DNA of 55,447 bases from the IMG/VR virus record IMGVR_UViG_3300033150_000500, positions 1-55,447 of that record; one strand, written 5' to 3'. The position numbers and the translations under genes are program-made. The notes beneath the pieces were generated by a model. That model saw only the letters and a program-made list of their open reading frames with translations, ran no database searches and was not told the DNA's origin. Position 1 is the first letter of the stretch. Each line of letters begins with the position of its first letter. This stretch comes from a virus. Lineage: Duplodnaviria > Caudoviricetes. Shown here in pieces: positions 26,771-36,273 of this stretch.

Positions 26771-27868
26771 TTAACTCCACATTGTATTAGACCCCATAAG
26801 TATTTCACGACCACATTCAAAGCAGTCGGTCTTCTGAACGTCTATATTTTTAACAATAAATTCTATCATTTCATTATATTCACCCATCCACCTTTCGTCC
26901 ATGTCGCCAAGAGTTTCTCCGTCAATCATTGTTTCAAAATTCAGGTTTTCACTCAGGGCAATATCACGCACAAGATTAGAAGCAGCCTTTAATCTGACAG
27001 CTTTCGCCATAGCCATATCTAAGGTGTCACCGATATAGTCCATTTCATCATAACACCATATTTCCTCTACCTTGCACCGCATCTTTAATCCCAACGATAA
27101 ACCAAAACACCTACTGTCAGAAGCCGGATTCAGGTCGCTGAAATCTGCCACATCCGTTAGGGTAACACCGGAAGCCTTTAAATAATCGGTAAAGCCAAAT
27201 TGCTTATTGCTTTGGGTCGCTGCTGGCGGACATAACGAACCACAGGCATCATAAAGTTTGTTGTCATAAGGCGTATTCGCTGCGTAAAGAAAAATAAAAT
27301 AATACTCTAAATTCTCAACATAGTCAGAGTGCATGGGTAAGGTAAGAGCGTCAATCGTATTCCCTTTAACCGCACCGGCAACGGTATTAACAGTATATGT
27401 TCCGTGTAAAGTATTCAGATTGTCGTAAACCAATACGTCAATAGTGCCTGTCGTATCAAACATTGTGGCTATGTCGCTCACCAATATCTCACCCCCCACA
27501 ATATCGTCACACTTCAAAACCAAGCCGTAGTATTTTCCTGCCGTCAAAGACAAGGCACTGTCACGCTTGACCTTCCCAATCCTGCCCTTAAATGGTCTGC
27601 GTTTTAGTTTATTGTATTCGGTAAGAATTGTGGTGGCATCAATACGAAAGTCAATAATAGCGTTGTCGCGGGCTTTCTCCATAAACGTAAATACGTTTTC
27701 CCCAACCTTACAGTTTAAGATTGCCTCAAACTTAGATAAAGGAATTATCTCGTCAAGGAAAAGCCCGCTATCTGAGGTGGTATAATCTGCGGACAAGCCC
27801 GTATAGTCGCTACAAGGCGTTCTGGTTAATCCTATAATATCCGCAAAACACGAAACCGAATCACTCAT
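26771..27868 (-). CDS. Head-tail adaptor-like protein
   Basis: First gene after the capsid; SDSGLFLDE motif; Cys-rich. Confidence 0.55.
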   Translation of the reverse strand: MSDSVSCFADIIGLTRTPCSDYTGLSADYTTSDSGLFLDEIIPLSKFEAILNCKVGENVFTFMEKARDNAIIDFRIDATTILTEYNKLKRRPFKGRIGKVKRDSALSLTAGKYYGLVLKCDDIVGGEILVSDIATMFDTTGTIDVLVYDNLNTLHGTYTVNTVAGAVKGNTIDALTLPMHSDYVENLEYYFIFLYAANTPYDNKLYDACGSLCPPAATQSNKQFGFTDYLKASGVTLTDVADFSDLNPASDSRCFGLSLGLKMRCKVEEIWCYDEMDYIGDTLDMAMAKAVRLKAASNLVRDIALSENLNFETMIDGETLGDMDERWMGEYNEMIEFIVKNIDVQKTDCFECGREILMGSNTMWS

Positions 27869-27884
27869 AATATGTATTTTTCAG

Positions 27885-27892
27885 CAAATATA
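27885..27892 (-). promoter_or_regulatory. Bacteroidota-type -7 element
   Basis: TATATTTG downstream of the capsid terminator. Confidence 0.6.
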
Positions 27893-27922
27893 TATCACTA
27901 ATTCTAAAATAAGTATAACCAT

Positions 27923-27951
27923 AAATAAAAAGCCCCACTTTCGCAGGGCTT
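27923..27951 (-). terminator. Intrinsic terminator after the major capsid gene
   Basis: AAGCCCTGC-GAAA-GTGGGGCTT-TTTATTT. Confidence 0.85.
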
Positions 27952-27996
27952 ACATGAAACAAAACAGCACTTACGATGCTGCACCGTAAATACTTA

Positions 27997-29007
27997 CTAT
28001 GGTGTAGCCCCGCAAACGAAACTTAATAGTCCCGTATTGTTGTCATCACAACCAGTTGGATTCCTGAACAGGTCAGCATTTAGCTTAATCTTGAAGTTAT
28101 GTTGGATTCTGTCGTCAGTCGTACATTCAGTCGTGTAATAAACATCATAACTAAATGGCAAGTAATCTGACTTCATCTGCCAACGTGTGAAAACGTCAGT
28201 CCTGTCAGGATTGATCGGATTCAATGCCCTTGAAGCCATCGCCAATGAACCCATTGAAAGCATATATGTTTTCAGGGTCGGATCATTAACACTGTCAATG
28301 TTGAACAGATCAAAATACATATCCATTCCACCGTACATGATCGCATCTCCTTTGCCGTCTGCGTTGGCGGCATTAGCTTTGGCAACCCACATTTGTTCGT
28401 ATAGGTTGTTGCCACTAAGCATCTTTGGTGTAGTGAACTGATTTAGTATAGCCACCCTTGAAAAGTAGGCAGCAAGTGAAGCGTTCCAGTAGGAGGGTGG
28501 AATATAGGTGTCAGCACCTACAACTGTGCCCTTACCAGCGGTAACGACATTCCAGCCCCGGAAGGCTTCAATTTGAGATACACAATATTGTGCAAAATTC
28601 TCTGTGATATTCTTGTCGGCAGTCAAGAATTGTTTTGCAATAGCACTCTTGATGTCGAACTCGTTATCATCAAAGTCAGCTTCGTCCTCTGAGAAGTTTA
28701 CGACCTTTTCATAAGTAAGGGCATATTCTTTCAGATTCGTAGAGCTTTTAGAACCACCAATGACACAGGTAACATTGTCTTCTACGGTCTGACCGCAGAC
28801 GTTTTGCCAGATAACCTCAACATCGACTACTTTACTTTTAGCCTTTGAGTTATAAACAGTGGCGGTCTGAACCGCCTGAACAGCCTTGATTACATCGTAA
28901 TTAGCTACATACTGTTGTTTAACTCTATCGTCAAATTTGATCTGGGCTGCACGTACTCTAATGTCATTAAGGATGGTTTCATCGAAATAACCAGCAGTTG
29001 TACTCAT
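27997..29007 (-). CDS. Major capsid protein
   Basis: 336 aa after the scaffold, followed by a strong terminator; double stop TAG TAA. Confidence 0.75.
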   Translation of the reverse strand: MSTTAGYFDETILNDIRVRAAQIKFDDRVKQQYVANYDVIKAVQAVQTATVYNSKAKSKVVDVEVIWQNVCGQTVEDNVTCVIGGSKSSTNLKEYALTYEKVVNFSEDEADFDDNEFDIKSAIAKQFLTADKNITENFAQYCVSQIEAFRGWNVVTAGKGTVVGADTYIPPSYWNASLAAYFSRVAILNQFTTPKMLSGNNLYEQMWVAKANAANADGKGDAIMYGGMDMYFDLFNIDSVNDPTLKTYMLSMGSLAMASRALNPINPDRTDVFTRWQMKSDYLPFSYDVYYTTECTTDDRIQHNFKIKLNADLFRNPTGCDDNNTGLLSFVCGATP

Positions 29008-29069
29008 TAAAATAAAAATTTGAAATTAATAGATTCCATCTGCTTTAGAGTGCAGCCATCTCCATCGGA

Positions 29070-29969
29070 TCAATCTTCCGCGTAGGTATATTTTGAGCCT
29101 ATCTCGACAAGTTTTTCACTGTCGCCACCAGCTTCATTTACCATTTTATTGTAGTCCTTTTTCGATAAAATATTTTTTGTTGGGTCAGGTCCTACTCCGC
29201 CCTGTGTATTCCCGGGTGCTTTCTTTGGATCTTGAACCTTAAAATCAAACAAGCTCTCAGCCTCGCTCTTTACAAAGGCATCAAAAACTATCGGGTTGCC
29301 GTGTCCATCCTCAAGTCGTGAATCACCATCTTTTATTACAATGTTTCCGTCTACAAATTCGTAATCAAAACCCTCGAACCTTGACAAGAACATTTCTGTT
29401 TGCTTTTTAGACCTTGCCGTGTCTTCAGATAGCACCGGATTAAGTTTTAAAAATGCCAGTTCAGCCCTATCTTTTACAAGTGAAACACTCTTGCCCTTCT
29501 CGACACCATTCTTAAAGGTATCAAACTCACCCTTTAATTCCTCAATCTGCACCTTAAAATTGTCGTTCATTTCCTTTTCTAACTTCAAAAACTCAGGGTT
29601 TGTTTTGATCTTTTCAAGTGTAATCTTGTTCCCGCTGTTCATTGATTCGCCAAATTCAGCGATAAGGTCTAATCCCCTCTTATCAGAATCCATACCAAAC
29701 TTATCCCTGACATCTTTCTCAAACTTTTCAAGGACTTCTTTCTTTGCCTTATTGTACCCTTCGTCAAATTTCTTTGTCGGATCACCTTTGGATTCTGCCC
29801 GTATCCGCTTGACTTTTTCTGCATCCATATCTATCAGGACGGTAGAGGCATCATCTTTCAACGCAAGCACATCGTCCTCGCCTTTGTCGTAAAGCAATTC
29901 TGTTAATTCTGTGTCTGTTTTGTTAAAGTATTTTGCAAATACATTTAAGATTAATTGCTGTTCGTTCAT
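29070..29969 (-). CDS. Capsid scaffolding protein
   Basis: Charged helical protein, FDEGYNKAK motif, Gly/Pro linker plus terminal helix. Confidence 0.7.
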   Translation of the reverse strand: MNEQQLILNVFAKYFNKTDTELTELLYDKGEDDVLALKDDASTVLIDMDAEKVKRIRAESKGDPTKKFDEGYNKAKKEVLEKFEKDVRDKFGMDSDKRGLDLIAEFGESMNSGNKITLEKIKTNPEFLKLEKEMNDNFKVQIEELKGEFDTFKNGVEKGKSVSLVKDRAELAFLKLNPVLSEDTARSKKQTEMFLSRFEGFDYEFVDGNIVIKDGDSRLEDGHGNPIVFDAFVKSEAESLFDFKVQDPKKAPGNTQGGVGPDPTKNILSKKDYNKMVNEAGGDSEKLVEIGSKYTYAED

Positions 29970-30253
29970 ATTTCTTCATATTTTTGTTTAAGTTTTTTCA
30001 AACCTGTATTCCAACGGAAATCTATGTTAGCATCACGTAATGCCTGACGGTAAAAGACCAGATCATCAACAGGTTCTTCCGGCTTTTCAAACTCCACAAC
30101 AGAAATTTCCTCAATCTCTATCTTTGTCTGAGTAATCTCGTCAGTGTCGTCAATGATAGTATAGTGCCTGTTGTCACCACGTTTACGCATAGTATCCCAT
30201 TGCTTACGGGTTATGTCATGTAGGTCACCAGTGTTCTTACTTTTTACTTTCAT
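29966..30253 (-). CDS. Small protein with C-terminal HeH/LEM-like motif
   Basis: LRDANIDFRWNTGLKKL; paralog of 30237-30515. Confidence 0.6.
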   Translation of the reverse strand: MKVKSKNTGDLHDITRKQWDTMRKRGDNRHYTIIDDTDEITQTKIEIEEISVVEFEKPEEPVDDLVFYRQALRDANIDFRWNTGLKKLKQKYEEI

Positions 30254-30515
30254 CGTATTTTATTTTAAGTTTTGTCCGTCCTGTTTTTGGATGAAATTTT
30301 ATACCCTTTGCTGTCAACTCTGCTCTCATCTCATCATCTGTCGGGTACAGGTCTTCGTCTGTTGCAACATCAACAATATCTATTTTTTGGGATTCCACTG
30401 TTGCTGCTTCTGATTTTACTCCAACTTTTACCCATCCATGTTTTTCTGGATTTCCTAAATCCCAAGCCCGTTGAGAGAAATTCCCCTCAAGGTTGCCTTT
30501 CATTGCTTTAATCAT
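30237..30515 (-). CDS. Small protein with C-terminal HeH/LEM-like motif
   Basis: LTAKGIKFHPKTGRTKL. Confidence 0.6.
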   Translation of the reverse strand: MIKAMKGNLEGNFSQRAWDLGNPEKHGWVKVGVKSEAATVESQKIDIVDVATDEDLYPTDDEMRAELTAKGIKFHPKTGRTKLKIKYDESKK

Positions 30516-30535
30516 AATTTAAGTATTTAAGTTCG

Positions 30536-30543
30536 CAAATATA
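30536..30543 (-). promoter_or_regulatory. Bacteroidota-type -7 element for the scaffold/capsid genes
   Basis: TATATTTG in an intergenic gap. Confidence 0.65.
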
Positions 30544-30555
30544 GTAAATAAATTG

Positions 30556-30804
30556 TTATTTGTCAAGTTTTCGGAAAACTTTAAATTCTTTGTGCATAAT
30601 ATACCACTTCAGTATTGCATGATCCATAGGGTAATTATCCTCACATAAATTGTAATCTTCCATAAACAACTCTACGCACCTTTTCAGTGTTACCGTAGGC
30701 ATCCCACGTTTCATGCCGATTACAAATGAAAACATCAAAAGGTCTAATGCTTCATACATTATCAGCTTTGGAACATCAATGTAATACTTTTTTTTCTTTG
30801 GCAT
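30556..30804 (-). CDS. Hypothetical protein
   Basis: ORF in operon context. Confidence 0.65.
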   Translation of the reverse strand: MPKKKKYYIDVPKLIMYEALDLLMFSFVIGMKRGMPTVTLKRCVELFMEDYNLCEDNYPMDHAILKWYIMHKEFKVFRKLDK

Positions 30805-31477
30805 CCCACATTCTTTTTACTTCATTAATATATTTCTTTCTCTGCTTTGATGTCAGCCTTGCTCGTTCTTTGTTGGTTAAAGAGTTTAATGTTTTGCTTC
30901 CAAAATCCAAATGCTTTACAAAAGCAGAACACACTAAAGCGTGTTTAATTCCACCGATTTTCAATTGTTCGGCATAGATGTTATCTGAATACCAAAAATC
31001 AACTGCGGTGTTAAACCCACCAAGTTTCTTAAACATTTTCCTTTCCACCCCTATACACCAGCCGGGAATATTCACCCCAACCTGATAGCCAACCTGTATA
31101 AAGTTCCCGTCCTTGAAATGTCGCGGGTGACTTACAGGACAGTAGGGACTAAGTGATTTATAACCCATCCTAAAAACCTTGTAACATTCATCAGCCCACC
31201 CGTCCGTAAACTCGAGATCATTGTTACAGAAAAACACATAATCACTCGTTGAAAGCGAAAACCCCTTGTTCATGGATTCATTGTAATTAAAGTCACCATG
31301 CTGGTAGAAAAATGTTGTCGTATTTTTGAATTTTACATCTATATCAAAACTTTCAAGAACAATTATATTTACTTTAACATTATTCTTTGCCTTCTTTAGA
31401 GATTTTATACAGTCAACTGTTATCTGCTTATGCTTCTTTGTCTTGCTATAAGCAAGAATTATAACGTCAAAGACCAT
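30776..31477 (-). CDS. Glycosyltransferase family 2
   Basis: DVIIL, FNYNESMNKG, YVFFCNND, GGF...FWYSD. Confidence 0.85.
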   Translation of the reverse strand: MVFDVIILAYSKTKKHKQITVDCIKSLKKAKNNVKVNIIVLESFDIDVKFKNTTTFFYQHGDFNYNESMNKGFSLSTSDYVFFCNNDLEFTDGWADECYKVFRMGYKSLSPYCPVSHPRHFKDGNFIQVGYQVGVNIPGWCIGVERKMFKKLGGFNTAVDFWYSDNIYAEQLKIGGIKHALVCSAFVKHLDFGSKTLNSLTNKERARLTSKQRKKYINEVKRMWDAKEKKVLH

Positions 31478-31730
31478 CTGTTTTATATTTTTTAATTAGA
31501 TCGGCAATACGACAAATACTACCCTCTATGTCATAGTAACATTCTTCTTGAACAATTATACCATGCCCATTATTATCCCAAGCAACAAATGTTTCATATT
31601 CTATCATCCCTATGGGTATTAAATCCCCGGTATTATCCGTACCATAATTAGGATAATGTCCATTATCTTTAATAATAATTATATCCAAAACCCCAAGACA
31701 AGTATCAATTTTTATGTTTTTATGTTTCAT
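31467..31730 (-). CDS. Hypothetical protein
   Basis: Overlapping start/stop within the cluster. Confidence 0.6.
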   Translation of the reverse strand: MKHKNIKIDTCLGVLDIIIIKDNGHYPNYGTDNTGDLIPIGMIEYETFVAWDNNGHGIIVQEECYYDIEGSICRIADLIKKYKTDGL

Positions 31731-32281
31731 TGTGTTTCGCTGGTTTTGTGATTAAAGTCATAAAAGTACAAAACTTTATTAATAAAAGCCTGACTTTTTA
31801 TTAACGGTTTTAGCCTTTTGGCATAGTCTGCGTCCTCGCTGAAGTTTATCTTCGGGAATCCAACCTTCAAAGCCAATTCTCTTTTCACGCACATGATATG
31901 ATTCGTAATCCGTTCATAATGATCTTTATGGTCTGAATCACACGTATATCTCGCATCATAGTAAACCCTTTTATACTTACTGCCGTTCACCGAACAATTC
32001 ACGCCAAAATTAATAACATCTGTTCCACTTTCTATTCCTTTTAAAATCAAAGAAACATAGTCGTCTGTTACCTTATCATCATCGTCCACAAATACCACAT
32101 ATTCACCTTGCGCAAGATTTAGAAGATCATTACGCTTTTGACCCACGCTTCGTTGTTTGTTGTCACCCAAATAAAGCACCTCTACGTCTTTTATCGTCTG
32201 TGGAAGCAATTTATCAAGCAACTTTGGTAGAAATGTTTTTGCCCTTGACGGTACTGTACAAATTAAAATACTTAGTTTCAT
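31727..32281 (-). CDS. Glycosyltransferase family 2
   Basis: KLSILICT, GQKRN..L..AQGEYVVFVDDDD, FSED. Confidence 0.9.
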   Translation of the reverse strand: MKLSILICTVPSRAKTFLPKLLDKLLPQTIKDVEVLYLGDNKQRSVGQKRNDLLNLAQGEYVVFVDDDDKVTDDYVSLILKGIESGTDVINFGVNCSVNGSKYKRVYYDARYTCDSDHKDHYERITNHIMCVKRELALKVGFPKINFSEDADYAKRLKPLIKSQAFINKVLYFYDFNHKTSETQ

Positions 32282-32403
32282 TTTACTCTGCTTATATTTT
32301 TACCACCACATCTCGGACACTTACAATTACATCCACATCCTTGATGCGTAAACCTTAACGGCTGCCCGTTTTCCGTACAATGCTTACACTGATAAACCTT
32401 CAT
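32278..32403 (-). CDS. 41-aa Cys-rich zinc-ribbon protein (absent from the ORF track)
   Basis: MKVYQCKHCTENGQPLRFTHQGCGCNCKCPRCGGKNISRVK; ATGA overlap with the GT2. Confidence 0.7.
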   Translation of the reverse strand: MKVYQCKHCTENGQPLRFTHQGCGCNCKCPRCGGKNISRVK

Positions 32404-32977
32404 TGAACTCGTCTATTGAAATCAAGTTTAAGTATGCTTTCCTGTTTTTAGCAAACTCCTCAAACGAAATATTGTCATCATCAAGAGGTGTCTGTTTGCC
32501 ATCCATTATCACGCCACAGCCCTGATCGGTGTCCACCACAAACATTTCCAAGCCTTTTACTGTGCGGAATTTCAACCACGCCCTCCATACCGTTCCGTTC
32601 CAATCTCCGACATGAGGCATCGGGTATTCCTGGTTTTTTTCTTCCTGCGGATTACAGTCGTGAACTACGATAGCACCATCGGGTGATATGCAACACATGG
32701 CATTTGAAATATCTTTTACAACCTGATTTTTTTCGTGTAAGCCGTCCACAAAAACAATGTCAAAAATATCTGTATTTTGAGCAAAGAACTCATCCGATGT
32801 CATTTCGTAGAACTCATTGGAGTTTTCATCTTTATGTTCTGTCGGCTCAGGGTCAACGCCAACCTTAAACTCGCATACTACGTTCTGCAAACACATATCA
32901 TTTTGCGTCCCGATTTCAAGATACTGCTTGTAGCCATATCTTTGTATTAGCTTATTTATTACTTCATAACGCCGCAT
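32384..32977 (-). CDS. Class I SAM-dependent methyltransferase (Methyltransf_24-like)
   Basis: YLEIG, GVDP, TSDEFF, FDIVFVDGLH, IVVHD, WNGTVW. Confidence 0.85.
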   Translation of the reverse strand: MRRYEVINKLIQRYGYKQYLEIGTQNDMCLQNVVCEFKVGVDPEPTEHKDENSNEFYEMTSDEFFAQNTDIFDIVFVDGLHEKNQVVKDISNAMCCISPDGAIVVHDCNPQEEKNQEYPMPHVGDWNGTVWRAWLKFRTVKGLEMFVVDTDQGCGVIMDGKQTPLDDDNISFEEFAKNRKAYLNLISIDEFNEGLSV

Positions 32978-33878
32978 ACCATTCTACTGTTTTATCTAAT
33001 CCATCCGCAAAGTTAGTAAATTCCATTAAGAAATCCTCTTTTATTAATGAGTTGTCTATGTTAAAGTTCCTGACATCACCAAACATCTCATCACCGTAGA
33101 CAAGTCCGCTGTCGTAAGTTCTTTCGTGAACCATTTTTGCAAGCTCATTTATGCTTACCTTTATCCCTGAAGCACAGTTGTAAATCCTGTTATCCATCTT
33201 TTCGCAAGCAACAATGTTGGCATGAACAACATCACCGACATAAGTAAATGAGCGTACCTGCTCACCGTCACCATGAATAAGTATAGGCTCCCCACTAACA
33301 ACTTTGCGTAAGAATATAGGTATTACGCCACCATGATCAGAGCTGTCTTGTTTTTCACCGTAAACATGGAAGTACCTCAATATTGTGTACTCAATTCCAT
33401 GTAAGTCGCCAAAGGCAGCCACGTACTTTTCCCCTGCCATCTTGCTTACCCCGTAATAACTGACAGGATTAAGCGGTGTAAATTCCGTTATCATCCCACC
33501 AACCTCTCCATATACAGACCCGGTAGAAGCGTGTACAATCTTATTTACTCCATTGTCAACCATAGACAGTAAGACGTTCAATGTGCCTCCTGCATTGATT
33601 TCACAGTCTTCAACAGGACTTCTCTCACAGACGGTCTTTTTGGCTGCCATCTGGTTAAAAACAACGTCAACGCCTTTCATGGAGAAATCTAATACCTTGC
33701 GATCTCTCACGTCACCATGAATAAATTTAAACTTTTTATTTTTTCTCAGGTGTGAAATGTTTATCGTCTTCCCTGTCGAAAGATTATCATAACAGATAAC
33801 CTTATCACCTCTTTCTAAAAGTGCTTCGCATAGGTGTGAACCTATAAATCCCGCACCGCCCGTTACCAATGCTTTCAT
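32964..33878 (-). CDS. NAD-dependent nucleotide-sugar epimerase (extended SDR)
   Basis: GGAGFIGS, ASTGSVYG, YGVSK, GDGEQVRSFTYVGD. Confidence 0.93.
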   Translation of the reverse strand: MKALVTGGAGFIGSHLCEALLERGDKVICYDNLSTGKTINISHLRKNKKFKFIHGDVRDRKVLDFSMKGVDVVFNQMAAKKTVCERSPVEDCEINAGGTLNVLLSMVDNGVNKIVHASTGSVYGEVGGMITEFTPLNPVSYYGVSKMAGEKYVAAFGDLHGIEYTILRYFHVYGEKQDSSDHGGVIPIFLRKVVSGEPILIHGDGEQVRSFTYVGDVVHANIVACEKMDNRIYNCASGIKVSINELAKMVHERTYDSGLVYGDEMFGDVRNFNIDNSLIKEDFLMEFTNFADGLDKTVEWYAAL

Positions 33879-34054
33879 AGCTTTTTAAATTTATAATTCA
33901 AAACATTCTTAATAGAATCTGACATTTCTTTCGTGTTTAACATCAATGCCCCGCCAAGGGTTATAAACATATCCCAACATTCATTATCTGTAATTGTTGG
34001 CAATACACTATTAACTTCTTTCTTGAATTTATCATATTGCTCACTTGCTTTCAT
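33875..34054 (-). CDS. 59-aa hypothetical protein (absent from the ORF track)
   Basis: MKASEQYDKF...YKFKKL; ATGA overlaps at both ends. Confidence 0.65.
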   Translation of the reverse strand: MKASEQYDKFKKEVNSVLPTITDNECWDMFITLGGALMLNTKEMSDSIKNVLNYKFKKL

Positions 34055-34551
34055 AAATAATTATTATATAGTTCATATATATACTCGTTATTTTTCTTAA
34101 ATATTTTTATCGCCTCTCGATTTGGGATATGTTTATGTTTGGACACATTTATCTTTTGTGGCTCAATGTATTCTTTACCCAAATAGTCAGTAAGTTTTTT
34201 AATGTCTTCGTCATACCTTTCATATATACCAACAAATTCCACACCATCTAACGGCGGCAAAAACCTAAGCATAGTAGACGGCTCACTCTTGAAATATTCA
34301 TCAACATCTGGCATATCCTTGTATTGTTTGGTATAATTATAATACGACAACTGTTGCTGATATGGCTCTCTTAAAAATAAAATATAATCCATGTTGTCAA
34401 GATAATAATGACCGTAAGCTATTTCATACCCGTCAGTATTATATGCTAAAGCATTATTATAAACAGTAAGCATTTTATCACCATACCACTCACGAAAAAC
34501 ATACCGCAGTGATGTCCCACCAGTTCGTGGGATATGGACAAACATTTTCAC
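34051..34551 (-). CDS. Sulfotransferase family 2-like protein
   Basis: FVHIPRTGGTS 5'-PSB loop, FLREP...SYY 3'-PB motif, FVGIYE. Confidence 0.8.
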   Translation of the reverse strand: MKMFVHIPRTGGTSLRYVFREWYGDKMLTVYNNALAYNTDGYEIAYGHYYLDNMDYILFLREPYQQQLSYYNYTKQYKDMPDVDEYFKSEPSTMLRFLPPLDGVEFVGIYERYDEDIKKLTDYLGKEYIEPQKINVSKHKHIPNREAIKIFKKNNEYIYELYNNYL

Positions 34552-34856
34552 AATACCACTATTTTTGGATATACTTTTTCTTTATCAGTCATGCCATACA
34601 ATAATATATGTACCCGGTCACCAATTTTGAAATGATTGGCAGCAGCACCGTTCAGGCAAACCTCTCCGCCCTCACCCGAAATAACATACGTTTCCCAATG
34701 ATTTCCCGTATCTATACAATTAACGTGAACCATATCGTACTCTTTAAAGTCAACTAATGCCATCAAATCTCGTCCTAACGTAATACTGCCATCATAATCA
34801 AGGTTCGCACCTGTTACAGTTGTTGTTAATTTAGCAATTAATTTTTGTACATACAT
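34548..34856 (-). CDS. panD: Pyruvoyl-dependent decarboxylase, aspartate 1-decarboxylase family (divergent)
   Basis: K9, ANLDYDG/SIT self-cleavage site, ETYVI, CLNGAAA, GDRVHI. Confidence 0.9.
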   Translation of the reverse strand: MYVQKLIAKLTTTVTGANLDYDGSITLGRDLMALVDFKEYDMVHVNCIDTGNHWETYVISGEGGEVCLNGAAANHFKIGDRVHILLYGMTDKEKVYPKIVVL

Positions 34857-35563
34857 TTTAGCATCTCCTTAAATTTTTCAGCAATTAATAATAATTCCTC
34901 TTTTGGTCTGCCATATAATATATTATATGAAGCAGTTTCGTTTACATCAATAATATATAATTTCCCATCGTCATCACGCATAATGTCAAGATCAGCAAAG
35001 TCAATCCCAAATAATCCACAAAATGTAAGTATATCTTGGCTTTCTAATGACGTAAACGGACTTACCACCTCGCAACCATCATAATAACCAACTATGCCTT
35101 TAGGGAAATGTAGTAATCTTGGTACTGTGCGTTCCCAGCAAATCACAATCTCACCACCAATAATCGTACACCTGTATTCTTTTGTTGGCGTACCACCAAG
35201 AACCCTTTGGTAAATAAAACCCTCCTCGTTGTCTGGCTTATCTAATATTCCAGATAATTCCTTATTGGCATGATGAATTGACTTTTTCACACACCGCCCA
35301 CTTTTGACAATGGAAGAATATTTAAAAACAATCTCAAACGCCCCGTCTATTGATTTTTTGTCGGTAGAACAAATTGTGTTGTTTATTACTGGTATATCTG
35401 ACTTAAAATCCACCACATTCCCATAACTATTTTTAAAATCGAAATATATCACATAATCATACTCGTCATTTATATCATTCGTCTGCTTAATGCCAAGAAC
35501 ATTTAATATGGCATCAAGTTTATGATAAAACGCCCTGTCTGGATATACGAGTATTGTTTTCAT
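34838..35563 (-). CDS. ATP-grasp ligase-like protein
   Basis: DK, VKKS, IYQR, EYR, GIDFADLDIMRD..GKLYIIDVN. Confidence 0.75.
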   Translation of the reverse strand: MKTILVYPDRAFYHKLDAILNVLGIKQTNDINDEYDYVIYFDFKNSYGNVVDFKSDIPVINNTICSTDKKSIDGAFEIVFKYSSIVKSGRCVKKSIHHANKELSGILDKPDNEEGFIYQRVLGGTPTKEYRCTIIGGEIVICWERTVPRLLHFPKGIVGYYDGCEVVSPFTSLESQDILTFCGLFGIDFADLDIMRDDDGKLYIIDVNETASYNILYGRPKEELLLIAEKFKEMLKCMYKN

Positions 35564-36273
35564 GCTTTGTCGTTTGTTCCATGTTTATAAACCGAAAATA
35601 TATCACCTTGTAATAAATCCCAATATGGCGTTGCGAAATTATGAACCGTTAAACTTTCCGTGGGTGCTTTTATTGTTCGACCCAAAGAAATCTCAACCCT
35701 TATATTGTCCAGCTTCCACCTAACGTAATCAAAACTGAGTTGGTCACGGTAGCTACCGGTCATCACTTGATGCCACCATTCACGCTCAAAATCTTCCATA
35801 GTTACATTATTATGCCTGCCAATAATCCCACAAGCATTTAGTCCGTAATTTTCAGGGAAACCCTCTGCACGATACCTCGCCATCTGCGGGATAAAATTTA
35901 ACGAATTGTCAATGCCCTCTTTTTCTATTATTTTTGCCTCCTCGTAAATACAAGTCCTACAAGGGTGCTTCATCATATTGAAATCTTTTCCGTAGTCGAT
36001 ATCTAATTTATTCAAGTCACCGTCAACGTGAATCTGCCCGCCAATCATAAGCGAATAATCGTATTCTTTGGGAACAAATAAATGCGAGTTAATGTAAACG
36101 TATCGTGCCGCTAAATAATCCGGCAACGGAGTTGTGACCACCCTAATATCCCAAACATTACTTTTAATGTCAGTTCTGTTGGTAAACATCAAATAGTCCC
36201 ACCCTTCACTTTTGAACGGCTCATGCGGCTTATCGTGGTCACCAAAATGTATTGTATAAAGACACTTTTTCAT
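35560..36273 (-). CDS. DUF616 (TOD1/MUCI70-like) glycosyltransferase
   Basis: YT..FGD.D, FTN, HPCRTCIYEEA, SYRDQLSF. Confidence 0.8.
   Translation of the reverse strand: MKKCLYTIHFGDHDKPHEPFKSEGWDYLMFTNRTDIKSNVWDIRVVTTPLPDYLAARYVYINSHLFVPKEYDYSLMIGGQIHVDGDLNKLDIDYGKDFNMMKHPCRTCIYEEAKIIEKEGIDNSLNFIPQMARYRAEGFPENYGLNACGIIGRHNNVTMEDFEREWWHQVMTGSYRDQLSFDYVRWKLDNIRVEISLGRTIKAPTESLTVHNFATPYWDLLQGDIFSVYKHGTNDKA

Noticed and set aside
34548-34856. panD as a CoA-pathway auxiliary metabolic gene
   Set aside because: No other pantothenate/CoA genes, specificity Arg replaced, and it is embedded between ATP-grasp and sulfotransferase genes
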